From: Raja brachyura
Taxonomy: Eukaryota
Direction of reading: 5' to 3'
NCBI GenBank assembly: GCA_963514005.1
Contig: OY740783.1
Coordinates: forward strand, 71,176,001-71,240,000
Length of the DNA: 64,000 nucleotides
Part shown: positions 39,648-49,970 of the stretch, one piece after another
Numbering within the stretch: position 1 is the stretch's first letter
How the letters are laid out: each line of letters begins with the position of its first letter
Made by a program: the position numbers and the translations under genes
The notes under the pieces: model-generated
Seen by the model: the letters and a program-made list of their open reading frames with translations, nothing else
What the model was told of the DNA's origin: nothing
The model's database searches: none

Positions 39648-41687
39648 TCAAAACCTGCAAGCCAACAAATTTAAATAGCCATGGCAGGGATGTGGCTCCC
39701 CTGAGACAGGGTGAGTAACCAATTGTGGGCAACCCTTCAAAAGGACCCAAGGTTCGTTGAGCATGTCAAAGACCACCGGATACCAAGGCTGTGTGGGCCA
39801 GTCGGGTATAATAAGGATGCCCTTGGCAGCATCTGCCTGAATCTTTCGCAATACCTGACTGATGAGGCAAAACGGAGGGAAGGCATAGAAAAACCAATTC
39901 CCCCAGTCCAGCGAGAATGCATCTAGCGCTATTGCCCCAGGATCTGGTTCCCATGAAACATAGGCTGGTACCTGATGGTTCAACCGTGACGCAAAAAGGT
40001 CAATGTCCGGTTTACCAAATTTGGCTGTGACTTTAGAAAAAATCTCAGGATGCAACATCCATTCAATGTTGTCATTAAATTTGCGTGACCTGGTGTCTGC
40101 CACAGTATTAAGCTCACCTGGCAAATAGGTAGCTGAAATCCAAATGTCTCTTTGAACACACCAGAGCCAAATTGAGTTAGCCAATTTGTCACACGAAACT
40201 GACCTGGTACCACCCATATGGTTTAAATATGCCACAGCTGTGGTGTTGTCTATTTGGAGACGGACGTGTGCTCCAACAAGCTTGGAACAATATGCACAAA
40301 GTCCGTGGAATGCTGCCAGCAACTCCAAATAGTTAATCCCTTGAGTCAACAACATCGATGCCTCAAGGGTGTCCCATCTGCCCCCACAACTAGAGCAATT
40401 ATCAGTAGCTCCCCAGCCATTGGAGCTTGCATCAGTCTGTAAATATACCACCGGATTAGCCTCCCTGACAGGCTTAAATGAGTTGCTAATGTGACACACC
40501 CACCATTGCAACTCAGTTATCGCTTCGGTCGGCAGCTGCATTGATCGATCGTAATGACCAGCGTTCCGTTTTAACGCAGTAATTTTAGCTCTTTGCAAAT
40601 TCTGATAATGCAAAGGTCCATATCGTGCTGCCGGAAACAAAGCCACTAGCTTGCCAATTACTGTGGCTGTATGCCGAATCGATGGTATATTGGTGCCAAT
40701 TAAATCTCTGCACACCTTAGTGACTTCCTCAATTTTGTTAATTGGTATAGTTATCCTCATGCTCATTGAGTTCACCGTGAACCCTAGGTAATTAATTACC
40801 TGGGCAGGGCAGAACTTCGATTTCTCTGGATGGACAATGAATCCTAATTGTTGAAATATATTGACAGCAGCTGCAACACCCTGTTCAGCCAATTGCAGGG
40901 TGTGGCCCACAATAAAGACATCATCTAAATAGGCCATAACTATATGATGTCGTTGTCTCAAATAAGCCATGATTGGCTTCACCAATTTAGTGAACAATCT
41001 AGGGGCTGTAGTGAGCCCATTAGGCAAAGCCTTATACTGCCAAAGTTGCCCCATCCAGATAAATTTCAAAAACCTTCTATCATATTTCTGGATGGATACT
41101 GAATAATATGCATCCCTCAAATCAATGCATGCCATAAAGCAGCCATGAGAAATCAATGATTTGGCTGTTTCAAACGTATCCATTTTAAAATGAGTATATG
41201 TTACAAACGTATTCAAACGGGTTAGATCAATAATGACACGACAGCCTCCATCCTTCTTAGGTCTAGTAAATATGTTCGAAACAAATTCGATTGGCTCATG
41301 CACCGTTTTCTCAATCACACCCTTCTGCTCCAGACTTAAAATTTCCTTATAACCTGCTGCCTGTTCTGCAGCAGACAATTTGAACGTACGACCAGGCATG
41401 TGCTGGGATGGAGGAATGTCGCCATTAATAAACTCAATTTTATGCTCCTGAATATTCCGCAACACATACTCATCACCAGTAAAATTACCCCATGCATCCA
41501 AAAACAACCGTAAACGACCACCAACATGGGAAGTTAAACAGAGAGAAAAGAGAGAACCAGACCCCCTCACCTCCGTGGTTACCGGCGGTCCTTGACACGT
41601 GTGGGTGGCCGTGGAGGTGCTGGGTTGGCTTGAGGGCGCGGCGTCTTCGATTTCCACAAAGGTCTCTGCCGACCCTGTCCTAAAAAA
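39648..41687 (-). CDS. pol: DIRS Pol: reverse transcriptase + RNase H + C-terminal methyltransferase-like domain
   Basis: RT motifs: GGRL, KKDGGCRVIIDL, DLRDAYY, LPNGL, YLDD. RNase H motifs: TDAS..GW, INYLEL, DNTTAV, NTVAD..SR. MT-like motifs: DLFAS, YAFPPF, PDWPTQPWY. The track start at 41657 is GTG; the span here is extended to the putative frameshift site. Confidence 0.95.
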   Translation of the reverse strand, partial: FFRTGSAETFVEIEDAAPSSQPSTSTATHTCQGPPVTTEVRGSGSLFSLCLTSHVGGRLRLFLDAWGNFTGDEYVLRNIQEHKIEFINGDIPPSQHMPGRTFKLSAAEQAAGYKEILSLEQKGVIEKTVHEPIEFVSNIFTRPKKDGGCRVIIDLTRLNTFVTYTHFKMDTFETAKSLISHGCFMACIDLRDAYYSVSIQKYDRRFLKFIWMGQLWQYKALPNGLTTAPRLFTKLVKPIMAYLRQRHHIVMAYLDDVFIVGHTLQLAEQGVAAAVNIFQQLGFIVHPEKSKFCPAQVINYLGFTVNSMSMRITIPINKIEEVTKVCRDLIGTNIPSIRHTATVIGKLVALFPAARYGPLHYQNLQRAKITALKRNAGHYDRSMQLPTEAITELQWWVCHISNSFKPVREANPVVYLQTDASSNGWGATDNCSSCGGRWDTLEASMLLTQGINYLELLAAFHGLCAYCSKLVGAHVRLQIDNTTAVAYLNHMGGTRSVSCDKLANSIWLWCVQRDIWISATYLPGELNTVADTRSRKFNDNIEWMLHPEIFSKVTAKFGKPDIDLFASRLNHQVPAYVSWEPDPGAIALDAFSLDWGNWFFYAFPPFCLISQVLRKIQADAAKGILIIPDWPTQPWYPVVFDMLNEPWVLLKGCPQLVTHPVSGEPHPCHGYLNLLACRF

Positions 41688-43336
41688 GACCCTTGGTGCT
41701 GGTTCTGGTGCTGTTGTCGTTGTGGAGCTAGAGGGCGAGACCTCGTCGAGGCACTGGCCGACCCTCGTGAGCGAATGTATGGAGCTTTTGAGCCTGACGG
41801 TGTGGGGGCACTCTGAGAGCGCATGATCCCCACCGTTTTGGCTTGTTCGTCAAGCTCTTTGACTCTCTTCGAGAGGTCCTCACCAAAGAGCTGACGGGGC
41901 GGCGGCGGCGGCGGTGGTTTGCACAATCCTGCAAACTTCGGGTTGAGTGCTGGGCGGATGCTGTTTTTGCGAAACCCGTTGATTTCGTGCTGGGTCGCGC
42001 ACAATAAGGCCAGAGCATCTTCCTGGTCCAAATTCAGTTCGTCCCCGTCCACCGACCGCGCAAAGGCGGTAATACCGGCCGTGAGGAGTTTCAAGATCCG
42101 CTGCAATTTTAGCTCCTGTTGACGGATAGCCGCACTGATGTTGCCCCATATTGGCGTATTGACCACAGGCACGTTGAAGGAGTTGCAGTTTGATGGAGCC
42201 TTGTGACGGCTCATAGCCTGGATGAGGACTTCTTCCTGCAGCACCTGATTATTAAGAAAGTCCACTGTGGCTGCCAGCTTTGTATTTAGAGGAAGACCAG
42301 CCGTATGTGGGGCCGCGAATTTGGTCGCCACATCCAAGAGTTCCTCCGCTGGCACCTCCAACGGAGGTGGTACGGGATTCACCAGAACCTCCTCCTCCTG
42401 CTGCTCCAGGCTGATAGTAGATGTTGGTGAAGACGCCCTGTGCCTGTTGCTGCCCTGCTGTTGTTGACGTTGAAGCAGGAGCTCCAGCAGCCGCTCCATA
42501 CGGTCAATACGCCCTTCACCCTGAACACTCAGGTGGTCGGAGTCCTCCGGCTCTGAAAAGAAAACCGGGCTCCTGTCATCGGCCCGCACCTCGTCGAGGC
42601 CCTGCCGGTGCCGGTAGTTGTCGCTAACAGCCGCCGAGGCGAAACTGCGCGATTCCTGCGCGGGCGTGTTCAATTGCCTCCGTTTAGCGAGAGCTGAAGC
42701 CGCTGCCACTAAGGGCACTCGCGGCGAGGTGTCGGCACCAGCCGAAGCATGGCTGCCTGGGGCCCGCGCAGTCTTGCCGGCTGCCCACATCGTGGACGTT
42801 GCCAACGCATGGTCTCGCCCACCCATCCATGGGGGGCTCGGCGACCGTGACGAGACCCGACTCGACCGACCCGTCCCGGCGTCGAGAGTCGGGGTGTGCC
42901 GGCTGGACCTCACAGCCGTCCCGGGTCTCGCCCTGGAACCTGACCGCTCCTCCGCGATAGGCAATGCCTTAGCCCTAACAGGGTTAGGCTTCTGGGCTCC
43001 TGCTCTCCCCCTTCTCGGAGGGCTGAGTGGAACAGGCCGTGCAACGGCACGTGCCCTGCTCGAGGTCGCCAGCGAGCCCGCTGACGACCTGACTGCCATG
43101 GCAGGGTCCCCCTGCTCTGGCGGCACACCACACTCCTCCTCGTCGAACTCCTCCGAGCTGTGGTGTGCTGGCGGATCTGGACCTGTAATCACAGGGCTTA
43201 CCCACATCTCCGCCTGAGTCCCGGCCTGCGCTGCAGGTACTGCCGATGGTAAAGGCCCCGGAACTGTTGACCGGCGAACTCGTCCTGACGTCCTCCGGCC
43301 CTTCGAACTCCCATCCATGTCCTTGCTGCAAGACAT
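41579..43336 (-). CDS. gag: DIRS Gag-like ORF1 (585 aa)
   Basis: Uninterrupted ORF at the 5' position of the element. Low-complexity S/R/P/A-rich N-half. C-half (PSNC..VPVVN..IW; LKLQRI; DALALL; LFGEDLSKRVKEL) resembles DIRS ORF1. The second ATG at 43318 (gacATGg) has the better Kozak context. Confidence 0.85.
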   Translation of the reverse strand: MSCSKDMDGSSKGRRTSGRVRRSTVPGPLPSAVPAAQAGTQAEMWVSPVITGPDPPAHHSSEEFDEEECGVPPEQGDPAMAVRSSAGSLATSSRARAVARPVPLSPPRRGRAGAQKPNPVRAKALPIAEERSGSRARPGTAVRSSRHTPTLDAGTGRSSRVSSRSPSPPWMGGRDHALATSTMWAAGKTARAPGSHASAGADTSPRVPLVAAASALAKRRQLNTPAQESRSFASAAVSDNYRHRQGLDEVRADDRSPVFFSEPEDSDHLSVQGEGRIDRMERLLELLLQRQQQQGSNRHRASSPTSTISLEQQEEEVLVNPVPPPLEVPAEELLDVATKFAAPHTAGLPLNTKLAATVDFLNNQVLQEEVLIQAMSRHKAPSNCNSFNVPVVNTPIWGNISAAIRQQELKLQRILKLLTAGITAFARSVDGDELNLDQEDALALLCATQHEINGFRKNSIRPALNPKFAGLCKPPPPPPPRQLFGEDLSKRVKELDEQAKTVGIMRSQSAPTPSGSKAPYIRSRGSASASTRSRPLAPQRQQHQNQHQGSFLGQGRQRPLWKSKTPRPQANPAPPRPPTRVKDRR

Positions 43337-43452
43337 AATCAGACAACAAGGACCACCAACTAAAGGTAGAATACTTACCTCCGTGGCCCCTTATGAAGGG
43401 CTGGCGAGGAGCGCGCTCCACCGCCAGCCGTCGCAGCAACACGTTACGACGA

Positions 43453-43488
43453 TATGTCGAGCATGCGCGCCGGCGGGCTCTTCACGAA
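43453..43488. repeat. DIRS inverted terminal repeat core (partner at 38267-38302)
   Basis: ttcgtgaagagcccgccggcgcgcatgctcgacata occurs in inverted orientation near both ends. Confidence 0.93.
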
Positions 43489-43986
43489 GTCACTCACGTG
43501 ACTCCGAAATGAAATTTAACACATTCACTGAGTGATTTTTAGGATCCTCTAGATTTCTTGTGGACTGAACATTCCTCTGATTTATTTTCCCAGAGTTGGG
43601 GGGGTTTGTAAACGATGAACAGGTGGGGGTCCGGCGGACACTTGGACAAGCCAAATGTGCAGTCTGTTAAATGGTTACCACCAGAGCATAGGCTAAAACT
43701 AGCATTATGTTTCATTGTGATAGAAAACTATCTTCTAAAGGGAAATCTAACAGGTTACCAAGAGCAACATGAGCTTAATTCTTGTCTTAGAACATGTCCC
43801 AAACCAGCTTGATTTGTTTTCATCCAAAGTACAATTTTTATTAGTCTATCAACTCACCATTTTTTTAATCATTTACAAAGGCTTGGAGCTCCATGTTGCA
43901 GATACGATGTAACTCAAGTATTTCACACATGAGTAAGTCGGCTGTAAAAAAGTAGCAGACAATACTGAGACGCTGATTTATGAACA

Positions 43987-44385
43987 GTCACGGTGGCGCA
44001 GCGGTAGAAACATAGAAACATAGAAAAATAGGTGCAGGAGTAGGCCATTCGGCCCTTCGAGCATGCACCGCCATTCAATGTGATCATGGCTGATCATCCA
44101 ACTCAGTATCCCGTACCTGCCTTCTCTCCATACCCCCTGATCCCTTTAGCCACATGTGCCACATCTAACGCCCTCTTAAATATAGTAGAGTAGAGTTGCT
44201 GCCTTACAGCAAAATGCAGCGCCAAAGACCCGGGTTCAATCCCGACTACGGGTGCTGTCTGTATGGAGTTTGTACGTTCTCCCCATGATCTACGTGGGTT
44301 TTCTCCGAGATCTTCGGTTTCCTCCCATACTCCAAAGACATACAGGATTATTGATTATTGATAAAATGTAAAAATTGTCCAGTAT
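43987..44385 (+). mobile_element. tRNA SINE interrupted by an antisense CR1 3' fragment (~44008-44185)
   Basis: SINE head gcagcggtaga|gttgctgcc is split by the CR1 3' UTR; gtaga is repeated on both sides. Confidence 0.85.
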
Positions 44386-44581
44386 ACAATTGTCCAACTT
44401 CCAGTGCTGAGTGATGCTCTATCTAGAGCTTTTCAGCATACCACATCCAGATCCAGATCCAGAGCTGTACAGATTATCAGTTCAAGTCCAATCTCGGACT
44501 TGTATTTATACAGTCCCTTACCTGTTCCTATCTGAATGCCCAAGGCAGCATTATAATCAATGACAACCATTTGTGCAGTGT

Positions 44582-44882
44582 TTAATTTAGTTTAGTTTAG
44601 ATATACATCACAGAAACAGGACCTTTGGCCCACCGAGTCCATGCCAACCAGTGATCCCTGCACACTTACACTATCCTACACACGCTAAAGGCAATTTACA
44701 ATTTTACCAAGTCAATTAGCCTACAAACCTGTACATCTTTGAAGTGTGAGAGCTCCCAGGGGAAACCCACGCAGGTCATAGGGAGAACGTATAAACTCCA
44801 TATAGACAGCACCCATAGTCAGGATCAAACGCGGGTCACTGGTGCTGTAATGCAGCATCTGTACCGCTGTGCCACCGTGCTG
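44582..44882 (-). mobile_element. tRNA-derived SINE (HE1-like)
   Basis: Same family as 10975-11270. Partial copies at 47600-47795, 52695-52830 and 54040-54510. Confidence 0.85.
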
Positions 44883-46494
44883 CTATTGTAATGTAGAAAA
44901 GCAATGCATAGCAAGGAAATATGCTATCTGTGGATTATTCTAGTATAGGTCAGGATTATATGTACTTATCACAATTGAAAGGCGATCAGAGGAGGATATA
45001 TATATTATCATGAAATAAAAAAAGTAATGAAAGATTGAGTGATTGTTAACAATGTATTTCCATGGAACAGATTGTAGCCTGACACACATCATGTTGTACT
45101 TCCTACAAACTACAAACTAATAATTTTAAAATATGAAAAAATGGATACTAAATTCCCCGTAGCCTATTTCTGGAATTGAACACTGGAGCAGAATCAGTCC
45201 TTACGATCTCTACAGTCCATTCTTGTTATTGGGTCTTGAAGCATACCATGTAATTTCACTGTGAACTAGAATCAAAGAGACTCAATCATACACCAGAGCA
45301 TTCAGAATGGAAATGGAAACTGGCCGTTGGAAAACTTGCAAAGTGAGCGTGCCACACTTCAGACATTATACTTTCATTAGTGTTATTAGACTTGCTATTT
45401 GTTTTTTTTATGTTGAAATTGTGTGGTATGTTCTCATGACATAGGACCCATCGCACTGGATTCTAATTTATTCACTGAATTTCAAACATAGTGAATTCAC
45501 TGAAGGACACAATTTTAGCATTAAATGGAATTAAATGCAGTCAGATTTTGATTAAATCTGTGTTCCTTCCAAACCTAATACCACTTGATCTTGCTGTATT
45601 AATAATTTTTCAGATGATTGTTTAAAGGATTATTGTCAGCTCTGAAAAGTTGTTGCCCAAGTTTTATTGGCACTCTCTTATAAACATGCGTCATGGTGGC
45701 AAAATTCCAATCATGGTTGAAGCTTGACTAATTTTTTCCATCAACTATAAATATTAATGAATTCTGCTACATTTCTTGTCACTGTAACTTTTTCTTCTTC
45801 CCCTCCTTTCCTGAAATCACTGACTTTATGCCAGAATACTATCCCATGGTTGCAGTTCACCCCCTGTTCCATATCCAAGTGAGCATTATTCATGTATGAG
45901 CCATAACAGGGACTGTTGGCAAGCCAACCAACTGTTCAAAAGCAACACAGCTCGATGGTCCACACATGTGAATTTCCAACAGAGGTCAACATGAGTAACA
46001 ATATAATTTTTTATATGCCGTCCATGCACAAAATCATTGCAGACCAATTTGCACAGCTGTAGAATGTGTAAATATGAAGGGGGGTTGCAAGAGGAAAAGC
46101 AGACAGGATTGTACAGGGTGCAGCTTAAAAGTTGAGCTGGAGGTTTTTAAGAAGTTTTTGCAAACATCAATGATGTAGATTAAAGGAAAGAACTTCAGGG
46201 ATATAATACCTGAATGACCTGTTACAGATGATGAAGCAGAGGGGGTGAGGGACAAGGAGTGGAGTACATTTAGACAAGAGGAGGGTATTTTGGGGAATCT
46301 CCACCTGATAGAGGTGCTGCGTTGGTCTGAAATGACAGCATGGAGCAGTTTGAAAAAGAATGAGAGCCTTCACATGTTCACTTGATGAAGCAAGTGGTAC
46401 TTCTCAAGGTTGAGACTGATGGAAGTGTAAGGCTTTGTGAATATGAGTTTAAGGTGGAAAATGCTGTTTCAGTTATGGAGGCAGGATAACTTGA

Positions 46495-46850
46495 AAAGAT
46501 CATGAGAGGTATAGATCTGGTAAATGAACAGAATCCTTTGCCCAAAGTAGGGGAATTGAGTACCAGAGGACATAGCTTTAAGGTGAGGGAGGAAGATTTA
46601 ATAGGAACCTGAGGGGTAAAGTTTTTACACAAAGGGTGATGGGTATATGGTACAAGCTACTGGAGAAGGTAGTTGAGGCAGGTAATATCATAATGTTTAA
46701 GAGACATTTGGACAGATACCTGGATAGCATAGGTTTAGAGGGTTATGGACCAAGCGAGGGCAGGTGAGACTAGTGTAGATGGAGCATTTTGGTCGGCATG
46801 AGCATTGGCCTGTTTCTAAGCTGTATGACTATTATTCGATGACTCTATGA
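46495..46850 (+). mobile_element. CR1 3' end
   Basis: KIMRGIDLV..TRGHSFKVR coding remnant and CR1 tail. Confidence 0.85.
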
Positions 46851-47796
46851 AAATAAGGCAGGGTTAAATCTCTCAATAACATTGAGACACTGGAGCCTTG
46901 CCTCTCTAAATTAATGATCTTAAGATGATCTTATTTCCAGCATCTGCAGTTCTTTATTAAACATTAAGATTATCTGAAATCAGCTAACTCAATGCACTCA
47001 CTGCAGACTAGATACTGTAATTGGATACTGTCCAACCTGTATCCCTTATCAAAACCATCGGATAGTCAGCCAAAATGTTCACTCTGAGCATTAGTGCTCC
47101 GTGTTAAATTATGATAAGTTGAGCAGCACTACAGTCTCAGACTCCCATTTATGTTTGCATTGCTTAATCATGTCGGAAATATGCCTTAGCTTTCATTCCT
47201 TTATGTCATTCATAACCCTTCAACTTCATGTTCCCTCTCAACCAGGAGAGGAAAGTCTCTGTAGACACAAGGAACTGCAGATGCTGGTATCTTGCATATG
47301 ATATGAAATGCTGGAGCAAGTCAGCGGGCCAGGCTACATCACTAAAGGATATGGAAACTGAGGTTTCGGGTAGAGACCCTTCTTCAAGACTCTGCAGAGT
47401 TGTTGCCTGACCAGCTGAGTTACCCCAACACTGTGTTCAACAGAGAAAAGGCTCCAGAGCTCCATTTCTATTGCTATCCTGGCAAACTTTTCAATCCTTT
47501 ACAACTTATCTACTCTTCAATAAGATTGTGGTTGATCTATTACCTTAGCGCCACTTCTCTCCACTCATGAATTAGTTGGTTTTGATTGATTGAATTGATT
47601 GAAATATACAACATGGATACAGGCCCATCGGTCCACTGAATCCATGCCGACCATTGATCACCTGTTCACTCTGGTTCGTTGTTATCCCATTTTCACATCC
47701 ACTTCCTATACATTAGGGGCAATTTACAGAGGCCAAATAACTAACAAACCCGCACGTCTTTGGGATGTGGAAGGAAAGCAGAGCACCCGGAGGAAA

Positions 47797-48835
47797 TTCA
47801 ATTCAATCTTTAAATGTCATTGTGCAGTGTACAATACAGAGACAACGAAATGCAGTTGGTATCTCCGAAGGGCAAACTTACGAATAAACAAGTAATTGGG
47901 CAGTAGTATGAGTATATACATCTATACATATACAGTGGTATCCGTGCAATTTGCTGGTGATTGGATAGTCCGGGGGGGGGGGGGGGGAAGGGTGGAGACA
48001 GGCAGTCATTGAGGTGCAGTGTTGAGAAGTGTGACAGCCGCAGGGAAGAAGCTGTTCTTGAACCTGCTGGTACGGCAGCGGAGGGACCTGTAGCGTCTCC
48101 CGGATGGGAGGAGGGTAAACAGTCTATGGTTGGGGTGTGAGCTGTCCCTGGCGATGCTGTGCGCCCTGCGCAGGCATCGTTTACTATGGACAGACTCAAT
48201 GGAGGGGAGTGAGGAGCCTGTGATGCGTTGGGCGATCTTCACCACCCTCTGCAGAGCTTTCCGGTCGGCGACAGAGCAGTTACCATACCCTACTGTGATG
48301 CAGTTGGTAAGGATGCTCTCGATGGCGCAGCGGTAGAAGTTCACCAGAATCTGGGGAGACAGGTGGACCTTCTTAAGTCTCCTCAGGAAGAAGAGACGCT
48401 GGTGAGCCTTCTTGATCAGCGAGGATGTGTTGTGTGTCCAGGAGAGGTCATCAGAGATGTTGACCCCCAGGAACCTGAAGCTGGAGACACGTTCCACCTC
48501 CGTCCCGTTGATATGGATGGGGTTGTGCGTGTAGCTTCTCGATCTCCTGAAGTCCACAATGAGCTCCTTGGTCTTCTTGGAGTTGAGGGCCACATTATTG
48601 TTGGCTCACCATGCTGTTAGGAGCTGAACCTCCTCCCTGTAGGCCGACTCATCGTTGTCGCTGATGAGGCCATTCACCATCGTGTCATCTGCATACTTGA
48701 TGATGGTGTAGGTACCATGTACAGGTATGCAGTCGTTGGTGAAGAGGGAGTAGAGGAGGGGGCTCAGCACACAGCCCTGGGGTACGCCAGTGTTCAGGGT
48801 GAGGGTAGAAGAGGAGTGGTTATCCAACCTAACAT
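47797..48835 (-). mobile_element. Rex1/Babar LINE 3' part
   Basis: ORFs 48606-48848 ([18 protein letters not shown]) and 48006-48593. Confidence 0.92.
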
Positions 48836-48892
48836 GATCACAGTGCAAAATCCATAAACAGGCAGCAGCTCTACCAATTACACCACTATGTT

Positions 48893-49970
48893 AAATTCAG
48901 TTTAGTTTATTGTCACGTGTACCGAGGTACTTTGAAAAGCTTTTGTTGTGTGCTAACCAGTCAGCGGGAAGACAATACATGATTACAATCAAGCCATTCA
49001 GATTGTAGAGATGCATGATAAGAGAATAAAATTTAGTACAAAATAAAGCCAGTAAAGTCCAACCAAAGGTAGTCCAAGAGTCACCAACGAGGTAGATAGT
49101 AGTCCAGGACTGCCCACTAGTTGCGGTAGGATGATTCAGTTGCCTGATAACAGCTGGGAAGAAACTGCCCCTGAATCTGGAGGTGTGCATTTTCACACTT
49201 CTGTACCTTTTGCCCGATGGGAGAGGGGGGAAGAGTGAGTGGCCAGTGTGCGACTCATCCTTTATTATGCTGCTGGCCTTGCCGAGGCAGCATGAGGTGT
49301 AAATGGAGTCAATGGAAGAGATGTTGGTTTATGTGATGGTCTGGGCAGCGTCCACAATTAGCTACAATTTCTTGCTGTCTTGGATGGAGCTGTTCCCAAA
49401 CCAAGCTGTGATGCATCCTGATAAAATGCTTTCTATGGTGCATTTGTAGAAGTTGGTGAGGGTTGTTGGGGACAAACCAAACTTCCTAAGCCTTCTGAGG
49501 AAGTAGAAGCATTGGTGTGCTTTCTTGGTTGTTGCTTCAATATGAGTGGTCCAGGAGAAGTTGTTGTTGATATTTACTGCTAGGAATTTGACGTTTTCGA
49601 CCATCTCTACTTTGGCACCGTCAATGCAAACTGGGGTATGTGTACAACTTTGCTTCCTGGTCGATCACTATCTCCTTTGTCTTGCTGACATTGAGAGAAA
49701 TCATATTGTTTCAACACCAGGACACGAGGTTCTCAATCTCCTCCCTGTATTCTGACTCATCATTATTTGATATCTGGCCCACAATGGTGGTGTTGTCTGA
49801 GGATTTGTAAATTGAGCTTGATTTGTACATGGCTGCACAGTCGTGAGTGTACAATGGGTAAAGAAGGGGGCTGAGAACACATCCTTGCAGAGCACCAGTG
49901 TTGAGGATTATCGGAGAGGATGATTTGTCCCTTATCCTCACTCATTGGGGTCTGTTGGTCAGGAAGCTGA
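48893..49970 (-). mobile_element. Rex1/Babar LINE 3' part (second subfamily)
   Basis: ORFs 49711-49941 and 49362-49604; gtgacaataaactaaac tail. Confidence 0.9.

Larger units (their letters stand above)
38194..43515 (-). mobile_element. Full-length DIRS1-like tyrosine-recombinase retrotransposon
   Basis: Three long minus-strand ORFs (gag, RT/RH/MT, YR). Inverted repeat 38267-38302 vs 43453-43488. Internal complementary region 38416-38528 matches both termini. Both ends carry ATT on the element strand. Confidence 0.96.

Noticed and set aside
42618-43217. 199-aa antisense ORF within DIRS gag
   Set aside because: Expected in GC-rich sequence opposite an open frame; non-ATG start and no motif.
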